64,000 nt of DNA from an uncultured bacterium (GTDB lineage: Bacteria > Patescibacteriota > Dojkabacteria > SC72), in assembly GCA_903906305.1 (NCBI GenBank), contig CAIVJR010000003.1, forward strand, positions 58,875 to 122,874, in the 5' to 3' direction. The notes beneath the pieces are model-generated. The model saw only the letters and a list, made by a program, of their open reading frames with translations. It had not been told where the DNA came from and did no database searches. Positions 28,376 through 35,749 of the stretch are shown here, in pieces. Position numbers and translations under genes: made by a program. Positions within the stretch are counted from its first letter, which is position 1. The number at the start of each line of letters is the position of its first letter.

Positions 28376-29317
28376 TTATTCTCTTTTAGACTTTACATAC
28401 AACACTGAGGTTGTAGTAATACCAGAGAGCAATGCCAATATTCCAAAAACTATGACTAAGTTATTTCCTAAGAGGAAATCAGTCATCCTGCTAAATTCAC
28501 CTGCAGCGACTGGTAACGAACTGTCATTTACAGCGTCCCCATTAACACTACTGTCTGGAGAGTAGGTAACTTTAATTTCAGAATCCATAACGGATTCATT
28601 TCCTGCAATATCTTTAATTACTACATTGAAAACATTCAATCCTGAATCCAATGCAATACTTACAATTTTAAATTTCCCATCAGCATCACATGTGGCACTG
28701 TAATAGTCAGTTCCTCGTTTTACAATTACTTGCGCATCCTTTTCAACAATACCTGTAACAGTAAATGTTTGAGTTCCTACTTCTTTTGCATACGTAAGTT
28801 CTGTTAAAAGAGGGGCTGTTTTGTCTACAGTAATCTTTTCAACCAATGATTGAGCTGATATATATCGCTTTGGGAAGCCTTTAACTCCAGCTACGGTAAT
28901 ATCATATTCACCTTCCTTCTCTAGGGTTATATCTGCTTTAAAATCCCCATTTGTTCCAACCTTTGCATCTTTTACTTTCTCACCATTAACATATACATAT
29001 ACTGTGTCATATCCAGTTGCATTACCACTTACAGTGATTACACTTTCCTTTGTAACAGCTACCATCTCAGAAACTGAAGGTGATACTAATGATTCATTCA
29101 ATTCAGGGGTAGAACTGTATTTAACGAAAGAATATACTCCAAATGCAACCAACAATACTCCTAAGAATATGAATATTGCGCCAACTATTTGGGATACTTT
29201 TTCAGAATCTCTATGAGTTTTTACCTCAACTTTAGCTACCATGGATTCTTCTTTTTTAATTGTCTTCTTAACTTCTTTGGGTGCAGTATTTATAGATTTG
29301 GATTTGTTTTTTGCCAT
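28376..29317 (-). CDS. Surface protein with N-terminal signal-anchor, Ig-like beta domains and a C-terminal sorting-signal-like tail
   Basis: N-terminal TM segment IVGAIFIFLGVLLVAFGVYSF. Repeated beta-rich segments (VTVSGNATGYDTVYVYVNGEKV). The C-terminus has LPVAAG, then a hydrophobic helix, then KSKRE. Divergently adjacent to a sortase gene. Confidence 0.6.
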   Translation of the reverse strand: MAKNKSKSINTAPKEVKKTIKKEESMVAKVEVKTHRDSEKVSQIVGAIFIFLGVLLVAFGVYSFVKYSSTPELNESLVSPSVSEMVAVTKESVITVSGNATGYDTVYVYVNGEKVKDAKVGTNGDFKADITLEKEGEYDITVAGVKGFPKRYISAQSLVEKITVDKTAPLLTELTYAKEVGTQTFTVTGIVEKDAQVIVKRGTDYYSATCDADGKFKIVSIALDSGLNVFNVVIKDIAGNESVMDSEIKVTYSPDSSVNGDAVNDSSLPVAAGEFSRMTDFLLGNNLVIVFGILALLSGITTTSVLYVKSKRE

Positions 29318-29412
29318 CCTAAGCCTATATTAAAATTATATACTTCTATATTTAGGATATTACAAACTGATAATTAATGCAACTGTAGCCCAAAAATAGT
29401 AAAATACATATT

Positions 29413-30102
29413 ATGAAATTAAATAGGACTGCAAAAATAAGTATAACCGTATTCCTCATACTATTGGTGATTACACTTTTGGGGTTTCTTTTCATATATC
29501 CTTCCTACAACAAGATTTCATTAATGATTCAAGATCTCAACCCATATCGTACATCCAAGAATATATATATTGATTTTCTTTCTCGTATTTCCCCAACATT
29601 AGAGAAGTTCCAAATCAAGGTATTTGCAGCAGGATCAATCGAAGAATCTTTAGATGAAAGCCTTGTGCTAGATAGAAAAATTTTGGAAGAGGTTCATACC
29701 AATCTTAATATAGATACCGCGAATATTGCAGGAAGAATATCTGAAGGCACTACTTCCCGCGCCATGATGGAAGGGTTCTGGCATTTTCCAACCTCAGTAT
29801 ATCCTGGACAAAAGGGTAATGTCGTAGTTATTGGCCACCGTTTTCAATATCTTCCTCCAGCTAAAAACACATTCTTTAACTTAGATAAAACAAAGATAGG
29901 AGATAGCATAAAGATAAATCAGGATGAAGGGACATACACATATATTGTGACAGATATTCAGATTGTAGAACCTAACGATGTCTCCATTCTTCAAAAAACG
30001 GACGATTACAGATTAACCTTAATTACATGCACACCACTTTGGACTTCTGAACAAAGGCTTGTCATAACTGCAAAACTAGACAAATTATACAAAAAAGTGT
30101 AG
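29413..30102 (+). CDS. Sortase family transpeptidase
   Basis: N-terminal TM segment. Catalytic His in VVIGHRF. The TLITCTP motif (TLxTC) with a downstream Arg region. Confidence 0.85.
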   Translation: MKLNRTAKISITVFLILLVITLLGFLFIYPSYNKISLMIQDLNPYRTSKNIYIDFLSRISPTLEKFQIKVFAAGSIEESLDESLVLDRKILEEVHTNLNIDTANIAGRISEGTTSRAMMEGFWHFPTSVYPGQKGNVVVIGHRFQYLPPAKNTFFNLDKTKIGDSIKINQDEGTYTYIVTDIQIVEPNDVSILQKTDDYRLTLITCTPLWTSEQRLVITAKLDKLYKKV

Positions 30103-30140
30103 ACTTTTCGGACTAAATATTAAGTTAAAAATAATTAAAA

Positions 30141-31178
30141 ATGAACGATTTTTACCAGAGAAAAGATGTAAGTAAAGATACTATTGAATTTACCATAACC
30201 ATACCTAAGGATAGTTTTAATCAAAGCTACGAAACTTTAATGAAAGCTAAAGCTAAGGAAACAGATATCAAAGGTTTTAGAAAAGGAAAAGTTCCTGCTA
30301 AGTTAGTTGAGACTCAACTTGATCAATCTGTTAGATTAGAAACTTTAGAAAAGATTGCACCTTTGTATATTTCTACAGCAATTCAAAAAGAAAGCTTGGA
30401 TCCTATCGCTCCTCCTGAGTACAAAGAGATTCCTAAGCTTGAAGTAGACAAGGATGTAGAATTAACTATTACAGTTACAGTTATGCCTGAATTCAAATTA
30501 GCAAATTTGAAAAAAGTTAAGGTTGAAAAGGAAGAGGCTACCATTTCTAAAGCAGAAGTTGATGAAGCTATTGAGGATATTAAAAAGAATTACAAAACTA
30601 AAGAGAAAGAAGTTAATGATGCTTGGGCTGTAGAGGTTGGAAAAATGATTGAACTTCCTGAGGTAAAAGATTTAAAGGATCTTAAGAAACAGATCGAGGA
30701 AGCTATGAAAGCTCAAAAGGAGCATATGCTTTTACACCAAAGACAAGAGAAAGCATTAGATGAAGCTATTAAGCTTTGTGAGATTGAAATACCACAACCT
30801 GCAATTATGTATGAGGCACATGAGAGAGAAAGGTCATTCAGATATGACATGCAACAGAAGGGTGTAAAGGTTGAGGATTTTATAAAGTCTCAGAATTTAA
30901 CCATCGAGAAGATGAGAGAACTTTGGGAGAAGGATTCTAAAGAAGCACTACAAACAGATACATTCCTAAAGATGTATATGAAAGAGCATAATATTGGTAT
31001 GAATGAGCAAGAGTTAGCAGTGAGAATCGAAGAACTGAAGAAGAGTGCTCCTAAGGGTACAGATATGAGTGTATATGATGATGAAAATTGGCAGGCATAT
31101 GTTAAAAATGTTGATTTGAAACAGAGAGCTTTTGAAGCATTTATTAAAGAAGTTTTGGGAGAGATGCATAAGGATTAA
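30141..31178 (+). CDS. tig: Trigger factor (short form)
   Basis: N-terminal ribosome-binding motif GFRKGKVP. Sits immediately upstream of clpP, as in the conserved tig-clpP arrangement. Confidence 0.8.
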   Translation: MNDFYQRKDVSKDTIEFTITIPKDSFNQSYETLMKAKAKETDIKGFRKGKVPAKLVETQLDQSVRLETLEKIAPLYISTAIQKESLDPIAPPEYKEIPKLEVDKDVELTITVTVMPEFKLANLKKVKVEKEEATISKAEVDEAIEDIKKNYKTKEKEVNDAWAVEVGKMIELPEVKDLKDLKKQIEEAMKAQKEHMLLHQRQEKALDEAIKLCEIEIPQPAIMYEAHERERSFRYDMQQKGVKVEDFIKSQNLTIEKMRELWEKDSKEALQTDTFLKMYMKEHNIGMNEQELAVRIEELKKSAPKGTDMSVYDDENWQAYVKNVDLKQRAFEAFIKEVLGEMHKD

Positions 31179-31200
31179 TTAATTTAATCTATTAAAATAT

Positions 31201-31782
31201 ATGTATTTGATACCAACTGTCATAGAAAAGGATAGGGAGGGAGAAAGATCATACGATATATACTCTCGTCTTCTCAAGGACCGAATTATATTTGTCACTG
31301 GTATGATTGATGTAGAGATGGCAAATATTGTTGTTGCTCAATTGTTATTCCTAGAAAAAGAAAATCCTGACGAGCCTATTCAGATGTTCATAAATTCCCC
31401 TGGTGGAGTTATTACTGCTGGTATGGCTATTTTAGATACCATGAATTACATTAAGTGTGATATTTCTACTATCGCGGTTGGCTTAGCTGCTTCCATGGGT
31501 AGTATTCTTTTGGCTAATGGTAAGAAAGGTCAGAGGTTTGCATTACCTAATAGTAAGATCCATATTCACCAGCCTTTGGGTGGTGTAGAGGGTCAAGCTA
31601 GTGATATTGCTATTGAGGCTGAAGAGATTCTTAAGAATAGGGCAGTACTTTATGAATTCTTAGCTGAAAAGACTGGAAAGAATATTAAGGATATTGAGAA
31701 GGATGCAGACAGAGATAAGTACTTTACTGCTAAAGAGGCTAAGGAATATGGATTGATAGATAAGGTTATTAGGAAGAGATAA
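31201..31782 (+). CDS. clpP: ATP-dependent Clp protease proteolytic subunit
   Basis: [16 protein letters not shown]....A..V.AQLLFLE...P...I.M.INSPGG..TAGMAI.DTM........T...G.AASMGS.LL followed by the His/Asp region IHQP.GG. Confidence 0.93.
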   Translation: MYLIPTVIEKDREGERSYDIYSRLLKDRIIFVTGMIDVEMANIVVAQLLFLEKENPDEPIQMFINSPGGVITAGMAILDTMNYIKCDISTIAVGLAASMGSILLANGKKGQRFALPNSKIHIHQPLGGVEGQASDIAIEAEEILKNRAVLYEFLAEKTGKNIKDIEKDADRDKYFTAKEAKEYGLIDKVIRKR

Positions 31783-31784
31783 AT

Positions 31785-32348
31785 ATGATAATTATGTCTG
31801 GAGATCCAATATATGACGAAGCAAAACAGTCTCCATTAAGTGCTGTACGAGATGAAATTGAGGTTTTGTTTAATAATCAGATTGGAGATCAAGAGGCCAT
31901 TGTTAGCAATATAATACAGGATAGCAATGGAAATGATGTCGATGGATACATTCGTAAATTAATACAAGAGAAAGAGCTCTCTATTAATCATGAAAGGTTT
32001 ACACATCTTGAAGTTACCGATAGTTCATTATTTGCAGAGATTTGTGATTATGTTGGAGTGTATAACTTACCAATTCCTAATTCTTCCTTTGTTTATTTTC
32101 TTGAAAGTAAAGATTTTGCTATTACGATAATAGCATTAGACCTTCTTGATGGTACTACGAAAGTATATATGGAACCTATGGAGCTTTCCTCGGAATTTTT
32201 AATAAAGATTTGGGAAGATGCAATAAATAAAAAAAATCAAAAACCAAATACAGCCCAAATCAAAGGTGTAACAAAGGGCTTTCCTGCAAATTGGAATATT
32301 CCTCATGCCGGTAGTCAACAAATTGATAAATCCGTAAAAAGACGATAG
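31785..32348 (+). CDS. Hypothetical protein in the position normally occupied by clpX
   Basis: 187-aa ORF starting 2 nt after the clpP stop. No AAA+ motifs. Confidence 0.5.
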   Translation: MIIMSGDPIYDEAKQSPLSAVRDEIEVLFNNQIGDQEAIVSNIIQDSNGNDVDGYIRKLIQEKELSINHERFTHLEVTDSSLFAEICDYVGVYNLPIPNSSFVYFLESKDFAITIIALDLLDGTTKVYMEPMELSSEFLIKIWEDAINKKNQKPNTAQIKGVTKGFPANWNIPHAGSQQIDKSVKRR

Positions 32349-32375
32349 AATACACACAGTTATTTAATAATATAT

Positions 32376-32449
32376 GGACGATTAGCTCAGCTGGTTAGAG
32401 CATCACATTGACATTGTGGAGGTCACAGGTTCGAGCCCTGTATCGTCCA
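32376..32449 (+). tRNA. tRNA-Val (anticodon GAC)
   Basis: Cloverleaf: acceptor GGACGAT/ATCGTCC. D-arm GCTC-AGCTGGTTA-GAGC. Anticodon arm TCACA-TTGACAT-TGTGG. T-arm ACAGG-TTCGAGC-CCTGT. Discriminator A. No encoded CCA. Confidence 0.9.
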
Positions 32450-32457
32450 GTTTATTA

Positions 32458-33180
32458 TTAAGCAGAATAACCTCTCCCTATAGATCTACCATGTTCGGCA
32501 AAGTAAGTTTGCCCTCCATGATCATTCTGGTTAACCGTCATATTTACAGCTTTTTTATTGTAACTAAATGAATCGATGTGAGTATATCCTTTTTTGCGAG
32601 TTAATAGATATGCAAAAGGCATAACTGGGTATGGGAAACCTTCATAATATGCCCCCCATGTTATTCTGTGATAATTTTCTAAAATTCTTCCTAAATCTGG
32701 CACATGCCCATTTACAAGAACAATATCTGGAACAACACAATGTAAAATAGGAAGATCTTGTTCCCAATTTGGAAATTGTTGCCATTCTGTCTTTGGCATA
32801 TATGTTCCCTTCATAAAACCTTCTTCAGAAGCTTTTATTAGCATAATTTTTCCTCTAACCAGATTCTTTCCTCTTTCCAGTTCAAAATCTCTAAGAGTAG
32901 TAAAGGTATCTATAATGGTTTGATCAACATCCGGGTCATCCATACGGTCTAATACTTGTACAATGATTGGTCTATTCGTTAAAAACTGAGTCTCAATTTC
33001 AGACATTTCAGGAGTAAGTTCTGGAATATTAGGGAATCTTATATTACTTGGCGAAGTGTTCATGATGTCTGATTCCATATCTGTTAGCCATGAAGGAATA
33101 AACTTTCTTTCTGATCTTGAATCTTCTTTAACTATAGCTTCTTCCTCAAGAACCGATTGATTAAGTGACATAACTTTCAC
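32458..33180 (-). CDS. Hypothetical protein (240 aa), stop 9 nt from the tRNA-Val 3' end
   Basis: ORF only. Contains an H...YY...E arrangement (NGHVPD...GAYYEG) of unknown significance. No confident family assignment. Confidence 0.5.
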   Translation of the reverse strand: MKVMSLNQSVLEEEAIVKEDSRSERKFIPSWLTDMESDIMNTSPSNIRFPNIPELTPEMSEIETQFLTNRPIIVQVLDRMDDPDVDQTIIDTFTTLRDFELERGKNLVRGKIMLIKASEEGFMKGTYMPKTEWQQFPNWEQDLPILHCVVPDIVLVNGHVPDLGRILENYHRITWGAYYEGFPYPVMPFAYLLTRKKGYTHIDSFSYNKKAVNMTVNQNDHGGQTYFAEHGRSIGRGYSA

Positions 33181-33244
33181 GTCCCTTATATTAATATTAT
33201 AAGATAATACTTTAAAATAGAAATTTCAAGATGTCGATCGATCC

Positions 33245-33802
33245 TTATTCCATCTTTATACCAAAAGTTTTCAATAGATATACAACCTCTTCTTTAGAAA
33301 ATTTTGCATTCTTACAGTTATTCTCTCGTATATCAAAAAAATAATTCTTAGCCTCAATAAAATCACATTCAGAAAGATTGCACTTTAGAAATTGAACACC
33401 TTTTAATTCTGACTTATTAAATGAAACACCCTTAGCCTTAACATATTCAAAATATGATTCTGTTAAATTACATTCAAAAAAATTGCTCTTTGTTAGATCT
33501 ATCTCTACAAAAACAGAGTAGGGCATATAACATTGTATGAAGGTATTACCAAATCCAAATCTACATTCAAATTTACTCCATTCAATACCAATTAGTTTAC
33601 ATTTATTAAATGTACTATCCGTTATTTTTGAATTAATAATTTTTACATTACTAATCTCACAGGTATTAAATGTACAATTGATAAATATACAATTCTTTAT
33701 ATCTTCTTCATTAATATTACATTTTTCAAAGATACATTCTTCATATTCATTATCTTTGAAATCTATATGACCTGTGAAGGTTTGTTTTAGGTATTCACTC
33801 AT
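33245..33802 (-). CDS. Pentapeptide-repeat protein (Qnr/MfpA-like right-handed quadrilateral beta-helix)
   Basis: Tandem five-residue repeats across the whole protein: CIFEKCNINEEDIKNCIFINCTFNTCEISNVKIINSKITDSTFNKCKLIGIEWSKFECRF...ECNLTESYFEYVKAKGVSFNKSELKGVQFLKCNLSECDF. Confidence 0.85.
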   Translation of the reverse strand: MSEYLKQTFTGHIDFKDNEYEECIFEKCNINEEDIKNCIFINCTFNTCEISNVKIINSKITDSTFNKCKLIGIEWSKFECRFGFGNTFIQCYMPYSVFVEIDLTKSNFFECNLTESYFEYVKAKGVSFNKSELKGVQFLKCNLSECDFIEAKNYFFDIRENNCKNAKFSKEEVVYLLKTFGIKME

Positions 33803-33854
33803 ATATATAATGATATACTAGAAAATAAATTATTTAAACAAAACCGTTAAAATA

Positions 33855-34322
33855 ATGAATAATCCACAAGCTCCCTCTTTAGAAGGACAAATATATTTCT
33901 ATCCTCCTGAGTACTATGTTTTTGATAATTTCTCCTCATTCCAAGTTGAATACAAAGGTAAGATATATCCCACATCAGAACATGCTTTCCAATCAGTTCA
34001 ATTTACTAATAATCCCGAATTAGCGAAAGTTATTAGAAATGCAAAGTCTGCTCATGAGGCACAAAAACTAGCACAAGAAAACAAGGACAAAAGAGATTCA
34101 AATTGGGAAGAGATAAAGTTAGATGTAATGAAAGAAATATTACATTGTAAAGCAGACCAACATCCGTATGTTATGAAAAAGCTTTTACAATCAGGAGACC
34201 GAGAGATAGTCGAAGATTCATGGCGCGATGATTATTGGGGTTGGGGTGAAAACAGAAATGGTCAAAATATGCTTGGAAAACTATGGATGAAAGTAAGAGA
34301 GGAAATAAAGAATTTAAATTAA
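33855..34322 (+). CDS. NADAR (YbiA-like/DUF1768) domain protein
   Basis: PTSEHAFQS.QF...P......NAKSA.EA..L...........WEE.KLDVM.EIL.CKADQHPY....LL.SGDREIVEDS..DDYWGWGENRNGQNMLGKLWMKVR matches the NADAR consensus (SEHaYQ..., D.fWG.G..G.G.N.LG..LM.vR). Confidence 0.85.
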   Translation: MNNPQAPSLEGQIYFYPPEYYVFDNFSSFQVEYKGKIYPTSEHAFQSVQFTNNPELAKVIRNAKSAHEAQKLAQENKDKRDSNWEEIKLDVMKEILHCKADQHPYVMKKLLQSGDREIVEDSWRDDYWGWGENRNGQNMLGKLWMKVREEIKNLN

Positions 34323-35252
34323 TTCCTTCAGATCATCATAGTTATTAACCATCATCAACCTCTGTCTTAATTCATTAGCCCCTTCAAAATCAGAAATATA
34401 TGCCTTTATATACTTCTTAATAACACTAAAATTCTTTTCCTCACCCCAAACCTCATTAAACAATTTCGCATGTTCAAGTAATATATTAAATCTCTCTTCC
34501 TCAGGAATATCCTCTCTACCGCTAAAAAGCCATGGATTGTTCAAAATCCCTCTCCCAACCATATATCCATCCGTACCATACGTTTTTACATATTCCTCAC
34601 CCTGCCTAGAAGAAGTAATATCACCGTTACCAATAATCAATGTAGTAGGGGAAATCTCATCCCTCATCCTTACAACCTTCTGTATCTCGTCCCATCTAGA
34701 AGGAATAGCATAACTATCCTTAGCAATCCTTCCATGTACAGTTAACATATCTAAACCTTGATTCAGTAAAAGCCCAATCCAATTCTCAGTATCAACTGTA
34801 GAATATCCCAACCTAGTCTTAACACTCACAGGAATATCTCCAGCCTCCTGTTTAACCACTTGGATTATCTCTTTAACCAGCTCTGGTTCCTTAATTAATG
34901 CAGAACCACCACCAGTATTTATTACATTTCGGACAGCACATCCCATGTTAATATCAAACCCATCAGGTTTTAATTCTTTAATTTCCCTAACTGTCTTAGC
35001 AAAATCCTCAGGAACATTTCCCCAAAGCTGTATAACAATCGGACGTTCAATCTCATTAAACCGTATTCTGTGATCTACTCTGTCTTTACCAACAGAACAA
35101 TAGCCTTCAACATTCATAAACTCAGTGAAGAAAACATCCGGCTTACCAATCTTACAAAGCATCTGCCTAAAAACAGTATCGGTCACATCCTCCATAGGGG
35201 AGAGCATAGCCAGAAAACCTTTCTCTTGTTTAATAGTTTGGAATATATTCAT
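34314..35252 (-). CDS. tRNA-dihydrouridine synthase
   Basis: FLAMLSPMEDVTDTVFRQM (FMN-binding start), VSVKTRLGY, DMLTVHGR and LIIGNGDI. Confidence 0.88.
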   Translation of the reverse strand: MNIFQTIKQEKGFLAMLSPMEDVTDTVFRQMLCKIGKPDVFFTEFMNVEGYCSVGKDRVDHRIRFNEIERPIVIQLWGNVPEDFAKTVREIKELKPDGFDINMGCAVRNVINTGGGSALIKEPELVKEIIQVVKQEAGDIPVSVKTRLGYSTVDTENWIGLLLNQGLDMLTVHGRIAKDSYAIPSRWDEIQKVVRMRDEISPTTLIIGNGDITSSRQGEEYVKTYGTDGYMVGRGILNNPWLFSGREDIPEEERFNILLEHAKLFNEVWGEEKNFSVIKKYIKAYISDFEGANELRQRLMMVNNYDDLKELI

Positions 35253-35345
35253 ATGGTTATTCTATCATAGATCAGATCTTCCTTAGACTTGCACAAGAGA
35301 GGGTTTTACAATAAACTAAACTAACAGATAAAATCTGCCCAAACA

Positions 35346-35747
35346 ATGGAAGTAAAAAACACAGTCTCGGATAACTCGGGACAACAATTACTCACAGGCA
35401 CCAAAGTCGACTCATATGCGGCTATTCTTTTGTACTCCTTTCAGGATTTTCTTAGATGGTGGTACATAAAGATGCCCATATGGCATCTACGAGTACTAAA
35501 TAGACTAGCCAAAGTTGTAGATGATCAACTTTCATTAAGTTTGCTTTCCAAAACATTCTTTACCCCATGGCACAGAGATTACTCCGCAATGGGATACCTC
35601 TTTGGAATAGCCATGCGTATTCTTTACCTACCAATTGCCGTTACAATCTTCTTGCTAATCTTCTTCCTTTACCTCCTCTTCATACTCTTTTGGATCATAT
35701 TACCCATCGCAACTTTAACATTCATTCTAACCTCACTCATTAAGTAA
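35346..35747 (+). CDS. Small integral membrane protein co-transcribed with the Clp-family ATPase
   Basis: Hydrophobic C-terminal half (IAMRILYLPIAVTIFLLIFFLYLLFILFWIILPIATLTFIL). Its stop is 2 nt before the next start. Confidence 0.55.
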   Translation: MEVKNTVSDNSGQQLLTGTKVDSYAAILLYSFQDFLRWWYIKMPIWHLRVLNRLAKVVDDQLSLSLLSKTFFTPWHRDYSAMGYLFGIAMRILYLPIAVTIFLLIFFLYLLFILFWIILPIATLTFILTSLIK

Positions 35748-35749
35748 AA

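Noticed and set aside
32376-35252. Calling the tRNA-Val-adjacent region a bona fide integrated genomic island or prophage remnant
   Set aside because: No integrase, no recombinase, and no visible direct repeat of the tRNA 3' end could be identified by eye. Only the tRNA adjacency and the gene content are suggestive, so it is reported as a finding and not annotated as a mobile element.
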